Of a stretch of DNA of 64,000 bases, positions 28,676-38,802 are shown piece after piece. The stretch comes from an uncultured Planctomycetota bacterium (GTDB lineage: Bacteria > Planctomycetota > Phycisphaerae > Tepidisphaerales > Tepidisphaeraceae): the NCBI GenBank assembly GCA_963841915.1, contig CAWJEN010000004.1, positions 32,001-96,000 of the forward strand. The letters run 5' to 3'. The notes under the pieces were generated by a model. It was not told the origin of the DNA. It did no database searches and saw only the letters and a program-made list of their open reading frames with translations. The position numbers and the translations under genes are program-made. Position 1 is the first letter of the stretch, and each line of letters opens with the position of its first letter.

Positions 28676-29362
28676 ATGCCGACCGACCTGCTAGCGATCG
28701 ACCGCCCGCTCATTTTGCCGTCAATCCTGTCGGCCGACTTCGCCAGGCTCGGCAGCGAGATCGACGATGTGCTGCAAGCCGGCGGCGATGCGTTGCACTG
28801 CGACGTCATGGACGGCCATTTCGTCACGAATCTCAGCTTCGGCCCACCCGTCGTCGCCGCGGCAAGAAAGACTGCGCCGGACGCGTATCTCGACTGCCAC
28901 CTCATGGTGACGAACCCGCAGGAGCTGGCCGAGCCACTTGTTGAGGCCGGGGCAAACGCTCTGACGTTTCACGCCGAGCTGGCCGACAATGTGCGACAGA
29001 CGTTGCATGACCTGCGGAAGCGACTCGCCACGACTGGTGTTGATGTGGGCGTAGCCATCAACCCGCTGACGCCTGCCGAGGCAGTGCTGCCGATCCTGGA
29101 CGACGTGCAACTCGTGCTGGTGATGAGCGTCGTGCCGGGCTACAGCGGCCAGGCGTTTATGCCGCAGGTGCTCGACAAGTGCGAGGCGATCAAGAAGCGC
29201 ATGCGGCCAAATCAGCGGTTGGAGATTGACGGCGGGATTGGTGTCGACACGATCCGCCGGGCCCGCGACGCGGGCGTCGACTGGTTCGTGGCGGCCAGTG
29301 CGATCTTCGGCAAACCGAACCGCAGGGCGGCGATCGACGCCCTGCGCACTGCAATGGCATGA
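28676..29362 (+). CDS. rpe: Ribulose-phosphate 3-epimerase
   Basis: PSILSADF, HCDVMDGHFV, DCHLMV, MSVVPGYSGQ, EIDGG. Confidence 0.96.
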   Translation: MPTDLLAIDRPLILPSILSADFARLGSEIDDVLQAGGDALHCDVMDGHFVTNLSFGPPVVAAARKTAPDAYLDCHLMVTNPQELAEPLVEAGANALTFHAELADNVRQTLHDLRKRLATTGVDVGVAINPLTPAEAVLPILDDVQLVLVMSVVPGYSGQAFMPQVLDKCEAIKKRMRPNQRLEIDGGIGVDTIRRARDAGVDWFVAASAIFGKPNRRAAIDALRTAMA

Positions 29363-29381
29363 AGCGACTACGCTTCGAGTC

Positions 29382-30215
29382 ATGGCCGACGCGACCGCGC
29401 TAGCTCCCCGACTGCCCAAGACGACCCGCATCCCCGAGGGTCTCTGGCTCGCGTGCGTGTCGTGCGGCGAAATGCTGTACCGCAAACGGCTCGACGAGAA
29501 TCTGGGCGTGTGTCCGGAGTGCGGTCACCACAACCGGCTCAGCGCACGCGAACGCGTGCGGCAGATGGCCGACGTCGACACGTTTGAGGAGACCGATGCC
29601 GACCTGCTGGCGACGGATCCGCTGACCTTCAACGACCGCAAGACCTACGCCGACCGGCTGCAGACCGAGCGGATGAAGAGCGGGAACCCGGACGCGCTCA
29701 TCTGCGGTAGAGCGTTCATCAAGGGCCGGCCGGCCGTCGTTGCCGCGATGGACCCGACGTTCATGATGGGCTCGATGGGCAGCGTCGTCGGCGAAAAGCT
29801 GACCCGCACGATCGAGCTGGCGACAAAGGAAAGGAAGCCGCTCGTCGTCGTCTCCTGCAGCGGCGGGGCACGCATGCAGGAGTCGACCCTCTCTCTCATG
29901 CAGATGGCCAAGACGTCTGCGGCCCTGGCACGACACGACGATGCCGGCGGCTTATTCGTCAGCGTTCTGGCCGATCCGACGACTGGCGGCGTCACGGCTA
30001 GCTTCGCCATGCTCGGCGACTTCATCATTGCCGAGCCCAACGCCCTCATCGGCTTCGCCGGGCCGCGGGTGATCGAGTCGACGACGAAGCAAAAACTGCC
30101 CGGCGGATTTCAACGCAGCGAGTTCCTGCAGTCAAAGGGCTTCATCGACTTCGTGGTCAAGCGGCACGACCTGCGTAGCGAGCTGGCTCGTCTGTTCGAC
30201 TACTGCGCCGGATAA
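29382..30215 (+). CDS. accD: Acetyl-CoA carboxylase carboxyltransferase beta subunit
   Basis: PEGLW-CxxC...CPECGHH Zn finger, GSMGSVVGEK, SGGARMQE, PTTGGVTASFA. Confidence 0.97.
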   Translation: MADATALAPRLPKTTRIPEGLWLACVSCGEMLYRKRLDENLGVCPECGHHNRLSARERVRQMADVDTFEETDADLLATDPLTFNDRKTYADRLQTERMKSGNPDALICGRAFIKGRPAVVAAMDPTFMMGSMGSVVGEKLTRTIELATKERKPLVVVSCSGGARMQESTLSLMQMAKTSAALARHDDAGGLFVSVLADPTTGGVTASFAMLGDFIIAEPNALIGFAGPRVIESTTKQKLPGGFQRSEFLQSKGFIDFVVKRHDLRSELARLFDYCAG

Positions 30216-30378
30216 AGCCGTGCGCGTCACGCTGAAACAGCTTGGTGCCACGATTTGAGCCGCGTTCCGACGCGGGCAAATCGTGTCGGTGACTGCACGA
30301 TATCAGACACGGATTGCCCGCCGCAGACGGCGGCTCAAACCGTGGGACCTCCGCTGTTCGAGGCCCACACCCAGTGAG

Positions 30379-31608
30379 CTACTTCATTGTCGCCTCGATA
30401 CGGTCGCACATCATGCCGCACAGCCGCTCTTGACTGAGTGTCTCGTCGAGCACGCGGCGGGCCGTTGCGCCCATCGTGTTCCGCTCGGCCTCGGGTAGGG
30501 CGGCCAGTTCCTTCAGGGCGTCGACGGCCGCGTCGACATCGCCGTGACTGGCGTGACGGCCGAAGTCGTTTTGGTCGAGCAGGTCGCTCACGTGCGACGG
30601 CTTGGGGCCGACGAACAGAATCGGCCGCATTACGGCCATGCTGCCGTACACCTTGCACGGATGAATAATGCCGACCATGTCGTCGCCGAGCGTCACCGCG
30701 TGCACGTCGGCGGCTGACAACGAGTAGCGCAGCGTCTCGATCGGCTGATACGGCAGGCTGACCGCGTTGGGCAATTGCTTGTCCTTGATAAACGCCTCGA
30801 CATCCTTCTTGCCGAGTCCACCTCCAACAAAGAGGAAGCAAAAGCGATCGTCATCCCGCAGCCGATCGGCGGCGGCGAGCAGCGTGTCGAGCGGGTTGCT
30901 CGGCGAATGGTTGCCGCTGTACATCACGACAAACTTTCCGTCGAGTCCGTGCTCCTTGCGGAACGGGTTATCAGCGTGCTTCACCGGCTCGGCGTGCGTC
31001 TCGTGCGGCCACGGCGGAATTGTCAGCAGACGGCTGTCGAGGTCTCTCGTCCGCGGCCGAAGCCGGTCTGCCATAAAGCGGTCGAGGGCGACGACAAGGT
31101 CGCTGGCATCGAGGATCTTTCGGTTGTTCTTCTCGAGAAACTTCGCCTTTCGGTCGCTAGCTTCGATCTTGCCGAGGGCAATGAGCTGGTCGGGGTTGAG
31201 GTCCATCGCCCAGTACGTCATGGGCACGCCGCGGAGCTTTTTCACGAGCCGGCCGACGCTGCCGATCATGGGTGGACTGGTGCTGACGAGCAGGGCGTCG
31301 GGCTTCTCGCAGGTCATCGCGCGGACCAAAACTTGCCCCATGAATGAGGCCGTCCCTGCAATGCGGCGTGGGATGCTCTTCTTTCCGAAGCTCGCCAGCG
31401 GAATCCGACGGATCTCGACGCCGTCGCGTGTTTCCCGTGCCGGGTACTTTGTCGTCGGATCTTCGTACCCGCGACCGCTCGCGTAGACGATGACGCGATG
31501 CCCACGCCGCACCATCTCAGCGGCAACGTCGTGCAGGTGTTGCCCGACGCTCGCCGGGTCGGGCACGTAGACCTGGCTGAGAATGAGGAAGACTTTCTGA
31601 TCACGCAT
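30379..31608 (-). CDS. Glycosyltransferase family 4 (WbuB/WcaI-like)
   Basis: SQVYVPD, STSPP, MYSGN, PCKVYGSMA. Confidence 0.88.
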   Translation of the reverse strand: MRDQKVFLILSQVYVPDPASVGQHLHDVAAEMVRRGHRVIVYASGRGYEDPTTKYPARETRDGVEIRRIPLASFGKKSIPRRIAGTASFMGQVLVRAMTCEKPDALLVSTSPPMIGSVGRLVKKLRGVPMTYWAMDLNPDQLIALGKIEASDRKAKFLEKNNRKILDASDLVVALDRFMADRLRPRTRDLDSRLLTIPPWPHETHAEPVKHADNPFRKEHGLDGKFVVMYSGNHSPSNPLDTLLAAADRLRDDDRFCFLFVGGGLGKKDVEAFIKDKQLPNAVSLPYQPIETLRYSLSAADVHAVTLGDDMVGIIHPCKVYGSMAVMRPILFVGPKPSHVSDLLDQNDFGRHASHGDVDAAVDALKELAALPEAERNTMGATARRVLDETLSQERLCGMMCDRIEATMK

Positions 31609-31635
31609 TGTCAGCGGCAGGTTAGTCCGTCGTGT

Positions 31636-31971
31636 TCAGCCGATGTCGCTCATGTCGATGAACACCGCATCGAACGCCTTTACCCGTCGCTCGCCGACAT
31701 TGAGCCCTTCGCTGATGAGCCGTTCGCGTTGTTCCTTAAGGCCGATCGGGTGAACGATCCGAAGCAACCCGCCCGCACCGACGACGCGGTGCCACGGCAC
31801 GTCGGACGCACCGGGATCGATGGCCAACACTGCCGCCACTTGCCGTGGGCCGGTCCCGACTGCAGCGCCGACGCTGCCGTAGGTCGTCAAGCGACCTTTG
31901 AGAACATCGGCGATGCACCGCAAGATCCTTGCCCGCCTCGACGCCTGCCGAATTTCGCTGGCCTCACTCAT
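31636..31971 (-). CDS. Alkyltransferase-like (MGMT/ATL) protein
   Basis: TTYG, PRQVA, VPWHRVV (Trp at the catalytic Cys position, ATL signature). Confidence 0.85.
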   Translation of the reverse strand: MSEASEIRQASRRARILRCIADVLKGRLTTYGSVGAAVGTGPRQVAAVLAIDPGASDVPWHRVVGAGGLLRIVHPIGLKEQRERLISEGLNVGERRVKAFDAVFIDMSDIG

Positions 31972-33005
31972 GCGACGTTGACGACCGACTCGCGCCCGCT
32001 GGTCATCTCGTCGTGGATCCACTTGTACGTCTTTTCCATGCCGTCTCGCAGGGCGACGCTTGGCTCCCAGCCGAGGTACTCCTGGATCTTCGTGTTGTCG
32101 CTGTTGCGGCCCCGCACACCCTTGGGAGCGTCGAGGTTGTAATGACGCTTGAGCTTGATGCCGGCCAGGTCTTCGACAATGTCGACAAGCTGGTTGATGC
32201 TGACAAGTTCGCTGCTGCCGAGGTTGATCGGCTCAAGAATGTCGCTGTCGGTGATCTTGAGCACGCCCTCGACGCAGTCGGTGATGTACATGAACGAGCG
32301 GGTTTGCTCGCCATCGCCCCAGATCTCCATGTCTAGGTCGCCGCTGAGCTTGGCTTTGATGACCTTGCGGCACATGGCTGCCGGAGCCTTTTCACGGCCG
32401 CCGTCGTAGGTGCCGTGCGGCCCGTAGACGTTGTGGAAGCGGGCGACGCGGGTGCGCAGGCCAAAGTCCTCGCGAAAGTGGCGGCTCATGCGTTCGCTGA
32501 ACAGCTTCTCCCAGCCGTAACCGTCCTCGGCGTCGGCGGGATAGGCGTCCTCTTCTTTCAATGCCGTCACGTCGGCATTCGTCTGCTTTGTCGCGTTGTA
32601 GACGCATGCCGAAGAGCTGTAGAAGAAGTTCTTCGTCCCCGCGTCCTTACCGGCCATGAGCATGTGCGTGTTCGTCAACACGCTCAGCATGCACAGAGCC
32701 TTGTTGTTCTCGATAAAGCCCATGCCGCCCATGTCGGCAGCGAGCTGGAAGATCGTGTGCGAACCCTCAGCCGCCTCGCGACAGGCGGGCAGCTCCTGCA
32801 GGTCCAGCACACGGCTGTCGACGTCGTCAAACTTCTGGTACCAACCCTCGAACGGCTTCTTGTCGACCGCACGCAGGTTGGTGAACCCCTTTTTGCGAAG
32901 GTCGGCCACGAGGTGCCCGCCGATAAAGCCGCCCGCACCGCACACGAGAATGAGGTCGTCCTTGCTCGGATGGGCGTCGGCGTTGGCAGCGTTGTCAATC
33001 AGCAT
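31968..33005 (-). CDS. NAD-dependent epimerase, GDP-mannose 3,5-epimerase-like
   Basis: GAGGFIG, LAADMGGMGFI, YGWEK, GREKAPAA, GVRGRNSDN. Confidence 0.9.
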   Translation of the reverse strand: MLIDNAANADAHPSKDDLILVCGAGGFIGGHLVADLRKKGFTNLRAVDKKPFEGWYQKFDDVDSRVLDLQELPACREAAEGSHTIFQLAADMGGMGFIENNKALCMLSVLTNTHMLMAGKDAGTKNFFYSSSACVYNATKQTNADVTALKEEDAYPADAEDGYGWEKLFSERMSRHFREDFGLRTRVARFHNVYGPHGTYDGGREKAPAAMCRKVIKAKLSGDLDMEIWGDGEQTRSFMYITDCVEGVLKITDSDILEPINLGSSELVSINQLVDIVEDLAGIKLKRHYNLDAPKGVRGRNSDNTKIQEYLGWEPSVALRDGMEKTYKWIHDEMTSGRESVVNVA

Positions 33006-33143
33006 GTTTTCTCTTCGTCAGGTGCGAGGGGTTGGTTGGCCCAAAGGTGGTGGTCCGACATTATGCGACCCCTCGGTGGCCGCGGCAAAGGACCAAACGT
33101 TACGGGGCGTCGCAAGGCCGCTTAAACTTCTCCTGGAGCCGCC

Positions 33144-36044
33144 ATGCCTGATGAAAAGCCTGTCCAGAACGTCAACGACGAAGCGTCACCAGCAGCCACG
33201 CCATCGGCGCGACCTCGCCGACGTTGGCTGAGGCGTCTGCTCTGGTCGGCCGGTCTGGTGGTGGTGGTGCTGGTGGTCCTCGTCGCGTTGTTGCCGACAC
33301 TCTTGAGCACTGGGCCCGGCACCCGCTTCGCCGCCGGCCTCGCTCAGCGGGGCATCAACGGCAACGTCAAGATCGACGACCTCGATATCGGTTGGTTCAG
33401 CGGCACGACCGCCCGCGGCGTGGTGGTCGAGGACGCGCAAGGCGTTCGCGTGGTCGATGCCAGCCTGCAAAGCGACTTGACCGTACTTGGCATGCTCCGC
33501 GGCGTCACGAGCGGCAACCTGCAGCTCAGCGACACGATCATCACGGCCAGCCTGCCGAGCGTGAAGCTCTACCCGGACGATTCGACCAGTCTCGACCGCC
33601 TCGTCGCTTCTGACGACGACAGCGAATCGACGATGAAGGTGTTTGGAAACTTCAAGATCGCCCGCTTCGACGCAACGGTTCAGAAGGTTGACGCACAAGG
33701 TCAGCCGCTTCGCAACGAGCGGGACGAGCCCACGCCGTTCGTAAGCGTCGACGTGACTGACGGCCTCGTCACGCTTGACGGCGACGCGATCTCGAACGAG
33801 GTGCCGATGACGGTAAGCATCAACGGCAGTCCTGCTGGCTCGCTGGCGGTTAAGGGTACAGCCGACGCTGCCGAGGGCGCGGCGGATCAGCGAATCACCC
33901 TGAAGGACGTGAACCTTGCCGCCCTGGCCACGGTGGCAGAAGCGTTCGGTGAGCCGCTCGGCCTTGACGTTGCCGGTGTCGCAAGTGGTGATATCGCGGT
34001 CGACACGGCATCAGGCAAGGCGGCCGGAACCATCATCGTCGACGAGTTGGCGATCGCGCCGACAGACGGCACCGGCTACTCGGCGGCACGCGTGACGCTC
34101 GCTATTGACGGTCAGACTGACGGCCGACAGACGCTTTCGCTCACGACGCCCGACGGCAAGGCAACCGTGTCAGCCGTCGCGTCGGCAGCTGACTTTGCGG
34201 CGGCGAGTGAAAGCGACACCACCGTCGGCGGGCCCATCGCGTCGCTTCGCGATATCGAAGTTGAGGCTGACTTTCCCTACGCCAAGGTCAATGGCGGCGG
34301 CGCGTCGATCGGCGGACTCGACATCACGTTCTCTGTCGACTCTCAGCCGTTGCAAGCAGCCTTCAACGACTTCGTCGCGGTCAACGGGCTTGAATACGGG
34401 GGCACGATGGAGGGCAGGCTTCGCACGCGTGTCATGAACGGCAGTCTTGCCGCCCGACTCGTGTCAACGGTGAGCCAACTGCTCGTGAACGAGCCGGACG
34501 CGCAGCCGCTGAAGGTTGACCGGGCGGAGCTCGTACTCGTTTTTAAACCACAGCCGAACGGCACGATTTCCGACAGCATCATCGACCTGACGGTCTACGA
34601 CGCGGGCGAAGAAGTCGCGGTCGTGCAGGCAAACATCGCATCACTCGAAGGTAAGACACAGTCGGTAGAGAGCATCGACCTGACGCGCGTCGAACTCGTT
34701 GACTACGCGCGAGCCAAGGACATGCTCGGCGGCTTCGCGCAGCTGCCAGAACTCGAGAGCGACCTCGGACCGATTGCTCTTACAGGCACTGTGAGCTTTG
34801 ACGGCTCCGCCGGGACGCTCACAATCGAATCGCCCGTCGTCTTCACAAGCGATGGCAACGAATTGGCGAAGATTGAGGGCACCGCAACGATGCCGGAAGT
34901 CGGACCGACGTCTGCGGCATTGCAGGTGACGGTGACCGACGTTGCCGCGGCACGCCCGATCCTGAAGTCCTACGGCATCGACGCGCCGACCGACCTCGGC
35001 GGGTCGATCAGCATCGTCACAAAGATGAACCTCGACACCAGCGGCGAGACGATGACGGCCGACGGCAACATCGACCTCACGCTGCAAAACGTCGTTCTTC
35101 CCGGTGCGAACGTCAATGGCTCGCTTCGGCTTCTCGCTGATGGTGAGCAAATGAGGGTCGCAGAAGCGGCGACGCCGCTCACGCTCAACGGCGGCAGCGT
35201 GACGCTTGATGGTGCCATTTACGACCTTGCCAGCTCCCGTCTCGAGCTGCAGGCCGGACCGCTCGTCAGTGGCGTGAGCCTCAATCCGGTGCTGGCCGAC
35301 ACGCTCGGGCAGTACATCAGTCCGTTCCTTACCGAGCCCGAGTCGGCAGACGGCCTGCTCGACATCGGCCTCGCATCGGCAACGCGAATCGACCTAACTG
35401 ACCCGAAAGCGTCTGACCTGACCGCCACCTTCGGCATCCGCAACTTTTCGGTGACGAACGACGCCATTGCACAATTGGCGGACAATGCGACAGGCCAAAT
35501 TCGCGAGGAGCTGCTCAAGCGGATCGGGCCGGCCGGCCGCATCCCGGGGCTGAATCTGGACGACACGCTTCGCGACAAGGTCGACCTTGGCGACGACCTG
35601 CGGCGAGAGCTGGGTACCATCCGCGGTGCGATTGTCGACTCGAGGCTGACGCTTCGAAACGGCGTCGTCTCGACGACGCTCACCATCAACGCCCGCGACC
35701 CAAGGGCCAAGCGGGCCGACGATGAGAGCGTGTATCCGCTCACGTTCACCGGCGACGTCAATGTCGAGACCTTTGCCCTGAGCACGTCGGCGACGGTGCC
35801 GGTCGAACTCATCGAGAAGTGGTCCGGCGAGAGCCCGTCCGACCTCGTGAAGCTCGTCGGTGACAGGCCGTTCCGCAAGATCGCGCCCGACGGCGTCAAG
35901 CTCGCCTTCGGCGGCACCACGCAGCAGCCGACGATCGACGTACGCAACTCCATCGCCGCCATCGCACCACGATTTGTCAGTGCCGTCCTCGACAACGCCG
36001 GTGGCAATCTGCTTCAGGACGGTCTACGCGGCCTGTTCAAGTAG
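33144..36044 (+). CDS. AsmA-like membrane-anchored repeating beta-strand protein
   Basis: Single N-terminal TM then long beta-rich region ending in FGGTTQQPTI. Confidence 0.65.
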   Translation: MPDEKPVQNVNDEASPAATPSARPRRRWLRRLLWSAGLVVVVLVVLVALLPTLLSTGPGTRFAAGLAQRGINGNVKIDDLDIGWFSGTTARGVVVEDAQGVRVVDASLQSDLTVLGMLRGVTSGNLQLSDTIITASLPSVKLYPDDSTSLDRLVASDDDSESTMKVFGNFKIARFDATVQKVDAQGQPLRNERDEPTPFVSVDVTDGLVTLDGDAISNEVPMTVSINGSPAGSLAVKGTADAAEGAADQRITLKDVNLAALATVAEAFGEPLGLDVAGVASGDIAVDTASGKAAGTIIVDELAIAPTDGTGYSAARVTLAIDGQTDGRQTLSLTTPDGKATVSAVASAADFAAASESDTTVGGPIASLRDIEVEADFPYAKVNGGGASIGGLDITFSVDSQPLQAAFNDFVAVNGLEYGGTMEGRLRTRVMNGSLAARLVSTVSQLLVNEPDAQPLKVDRAELVLVFKPQPNGTISDSIIDLTVYDAGEEVAVVQANIASLEGKTQSVESIDLTRVELVDYARAKDMLGGFAQLPELESDLGPIALTGTVSFDGSAGTLTIESPVVFTSDGNELAKIEGTATMPEVGPTSAALQVTVTDVAAARPILKSYGIDAPTDLGGSISIVTKMNLDTSGETMTADGNIDLTLQNVVLPGANVNGSLRLLADGEQMRVAEAATPLTLNGGSVTLDGAIYDLASSRLELQAGPLVSGVSLNPVLADTLGQYISPFLTEPESADGLLDIGLASATRIDLTDPKASDLTATFGIRNFSVTNDAIAQLADNATGQIREELLKRIGPAGRIPGLNLDDTLRDKVDLGDDLRRELGTIRGAIVDSRLTLRNGVVSTTLTINARDPRAKRADDESVYPLTFTGDVNVETFALSTSATVPVELIEKWSGESPSDLVKLVGDRPFRKIAPDGVKLAFGGTTQQPTIDVRNSIAAIAPRFVSAVLDNAGGNLLQDGLRGLFK

Positions 36045-36112
36045 GGTGACATGACTCAACGGCTCGAAGCTGCGACCCTGCGGATCGCAGCCCGAACAAG
36101 CGGGTAGAGCCC

Positions 36113-37144
36113 CTACTGGATCTCCCGATCCATCGCCACCGCGATCTTCTTGCACTGCTCGACGAGGTCGGCGAACTGCTCACCGTTGAGCGACTGGCCG
36201 CCGTCGGTCATGGCGTGGCTGGGGTCGGGGTGCATCTCGACGATGATGCCATCCGCACCGGCGGCGATGGCGGCGCGGGCCATGGGCGTCACCAGGTGGG
36301 CTTTGCCCGTGCCGTGGCTCGGGTCGACCAGCACCGGCAGGTGGCTCAGCCGCTTGAGCTCGGGCACGATCGCCAGCGGCAGCGTGTTGCGGACGTAGTC
36401 CTCGAACGTGCGGATACCACGCTCGCACAGGATCACCTGCTCGTTGCCCCGGGCCAGGATGTATTCGGCAGCCAGGAGGAACTCTTCGAGTGTCTGGCTC
36501 ATGCCACGCTTGAGCAGCACCGGTTTTCGCTGCTCACCCACGGCAGCGAGCAGATTGAAGTTCTGGCAGTTGCGGGCGCCGATCTGCATGACGTCGGCGT
36601 ACTGACAGACGAGCTCGACCTGGTCGATGCTCATAACCTCGGTCACGATGCCTAGCCCCGTCGCCTCGCGGCTTTCGGCGAGGATTTCGAGCCCCTTTTC
36701 GCCGTGGCCTTGGAAGCTGTAGGGGTTAGTGCGTGGCTTGAAGGCTCCGCCGCGAAGGGCGACACCGCCGCCTGCTTTGACGAGCTTCGCCGACTCCATC
36801 GTCTGCTCCGCCGACTCGACGCTGCACGGACCGGCGATGATCGGGATGGCCGTCCCACCGATCGAGCCGCCGAGGGTTCCGCCCAGCGGCACAAGCGTCG
36901 TCTCGCCGTCGACGCGTGTCTCGCGACTGGCCATCTTGTAAGGCGCCAGCACGGGCTTGACGTCGTCGACGAAGCTGAGGCTCGCCAAGCGGCTGCCGTC
37001 TTTGAAGCGTTCGTCGCCGACGCAGGCAATCACCGTTCGTTCTGTACCGGCGATAACGTGTTCTTTGAGACCCATCTCGTTCACCAGGCTGACTGCCTCG
37101 GCGACTTGCTGCTCGGTCGCGTGCGGCTTGAGGACGATGATCAT
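36113..37144 (-). CDS. aroF: DAHP synthase, type I-beta with N-terminal regulatory domain
   Basis: MIIVLK, IAGPCSVES, RGGAFKPRT, QIGARN, LLKRG, DPSHGTG. Confidence 0.95.
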   Translation of the reverse strand: MIIVLKPHATEQQVAEAVSLVNEMGLKEHVIAGTERTVIACVGDERFKDGSRLASLSFVDDVKPVLAPYKMASRETRVDGETTLVPLGGTLGGSIGGTAIPIIAGPCSVESAEQTMESAKLVKAGGGVALRGGAFKPRTNPYSFQGHGEKGLEILAESREATGLGIVTEVMSIDQVELVCQYADVMQIGARNCQNFNLLAAVGEQRKPVLLKRGMSQTLEEFLLAAEYILARGNEQVILCERGIRTFEDYVRNTLPLAIVPELKRLSHLPVLVDPSHGTGKAHLVTPMARAAIAAGADGIIVEMHPDPSHAMTDGGQSLNGEQFADLVEQCKKIAVAMDREIQ

Positions 37145-37192
37145 CTCGGGCTCCTGGAGGCGGTGGTGTAGAGAAGGGCGGCATGTCAGTCG

Positions 37193-37330
37193 AAACAAAC
37201 GCCCCGCAGGCCACTGCGGCCTCCGGGGCAGGCGTTCGTCCGAGATGCTTAGGTGCAGCTAGAACGCGTCGGCCCCGGGTCGGCAAAAGCCGCCCAGCCA
37301 GGGCCAGAACGTAAAGCTGCGGTCGGTCAC
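37193..37330 (-). promoter_or_regulatory. Ribosome-mediated transcription attenuator of aroF
   Basis: Leader ORF plus mutually exclusive 1:2, 2:3 and 3:4 pairings; terminator stem 37201-37229 followed by GUUUGUUU. Confidence 0.75.
37259..37330 (-). CDS. Phe/Trp-rich leader peptide (23 aa)
   Basis: GTG start after AAAGG; MTDRSFTFWPWLGGFCRPGADAF, 4 Phe + 2 Trp. Confidence 0.7.
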   Translation of the reverse strand: MTDRSFTFWPWLGGFCRPGADAF

Positions 37331-37436
37331 GAGCCTTTTGATACACGGCCGAAGCCTCAGAAGCAAGCACAGACCTCCGATTCGAGCGACGCGGACGTTT
37401 GCCGCTGGCGGGTCCTCGTCGCTAAGCTGGGCTGCT

Positions 37437-37904
37437 ATGCACCGCCGGAACCGTCTGCTGACCCTCGCCTGCCTCTCCGCCACCCTGCTTGTCGCCGGTT
37501 GCGGCTCTGACGGAGCCGATGGAGCACCGGCGACCGAGCCCGTGCAGCCGACGACACGCGCGACAACCCGGGCCAGCCAATCACCGCTGGCCGGCAACTG
37601 GCAGGTCACGCTCGTGCCCGAAGCCGCGACCGCAGGCGTGACGTCACCGACCATGACCGCCATGCTGGAGGTTGGCGACTCCAACCTCAGCGGCACCGTC
37701 GGTGAGACCGACATCAACGACGGCAACGTCGTCGGTAACACGCTCTCCTTCGAGACAAACGGCCTGACCTACACCGGCGTCAGTGGCGACGAGGTGTCCA
37801 TCGGCGATCCGATCATCTGGAAGGCCACCCTCTACGAAGGCGACAAGCTCGTCGGCACCGCCACCAGCAACGGCGTCGAAAGCTCCTGGGAAGCCACACG
37901 GTAG
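37437..37904 (+). CDS. Putative lipoprotein
   Basis: MHRRNRLLTLACLSATLLVAGC signal; beta-rich domain. Confidence 0.75.
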   Translation: MHRRNRLLTLACLSATLLVAGCGSDGADGAPATEPVQPTTRATTRASQSPLAGNWQVTLVPEAATAGVTSPTMTAMLEVGDSNLSGTVGETDINDGNVVGNTLSFETNGLTYTGVSGDEVSIGDPIIWKATLYEGDKLVGTATSNGVESSWEATR

Positions 37905-38497
37905 TGAGCGACTTTCCCGACATCGATCAGCTCAAGCAGCCGATCGCCTTCGAAGCAGAGCTCGGCGGGCGATCGCTCCGCATGACCAGCACGTGGGGCC
38001 TCTTCAGCCCCCGGGCCATCGACGACGGCACACGCCTGCTGCTCGATAAGTTCAAGCCGCTTACCGACAGCGACGACACCTTCGACCTCGGCTGCGGCTA
38101 CGGCCCGCTGGGCCTGGCCTTCGCGGCGGCGTGTCCGAAGGGTCGCGTGACGATGGTCGATCGCGACTTCCTGGCCGTTCACTACGCGAGTCACAATGCA
38201 CAACTCAACGGCCTGACGAACGCGACCGCACGCCTCGGCAACGGCTTCGACGGCACGCCGCCCGACGACCTGTACGACAACGTCGTCAGCAACCTGCCCG
38301 CCAAGACCGGCAAGGAACTCCTGCACATCGTCCTGCACGACGCCCACCGCCACCTCAAGCCCGGCGGAAGGCTCTGCGTCGTCACCGTCACCGGCCTGCG
38401 TCGCTTCATCGAACGGCACATGAAGGCACAGTTCGGCAACTACGACAAGCTCAAGCAGTCCCCCGGCTACACCGTGGCCGTAGCGACCAAATCCTGA
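37904..38497 (+). CDS. Class I SAM methyltransferase, RsmC/MTS family
   Basis: GLFSPRAIDDGT, DLGCGYG, VSNLP. Confidence 0.88.
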   Translation: MSDFPDIDQLKQPIAFEAELGGRSLRMTSTWGLFSPRAIDDGTRLLLDKFKPLTDSDDTFDLGCGYGPLGLAFAAACPKGRVTMVDRDFLAVHYASHNAQLNGLTNATARLGNGFDGTPPDDLYDNVVSNLPAKTGKELLHIVLHDAHRHLKPGGRLCVVTVTGLRRFIERHMKAQFGNYDKLKQSPGYTVAVATKS

Positions 38498-38555
38498 GCC
38501 GACTTGTTGCGCCGCGGCGGCCAAATGGATCGGTGGCGGTCGGCGGGGCGTGCGA

Positions 38556-38571
38556 TGTTCCACGTGGAACA
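38556..38571. promoter_or_regulatory. parS site 1
   Basis: TGTTCCACGTGGAACA, perfect match to the ParB/Spo0J consensus TGTTNCACGTGAAACA family. Confidence 0.9.
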
Positions 38572-38630
38572 TTGAGAGCCCTCGCCAGAGATCGTGGCAA
38601 GGGTTGGGAACCATCGGCCGACGCTCAAAT

Positions 38631-38646
38631 TGTTCCACGTGGAACA
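38631..38646. promoter_or_regulatory. parS site 2
   Basis: Identical TGTTCCACGTGGAACA, 75 bp after site 1, intergenic. Confidence 0.9.
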
Positions 38647-38802
38647 CTTTCAGGGGGTCGACTCCGTCGGCGGGTCGTCCAGAGTGCGAAGGCGGTGCGT
38701 CACGAATTGCGGTCGCCGGCCGATCGTTTGCGGCCGCGGCGGGTGACTGGTACGACTCCGTAACGCATGCGCCCTGGCGGCCGCGGCGGCGCAGCGCCTG
38801 CC

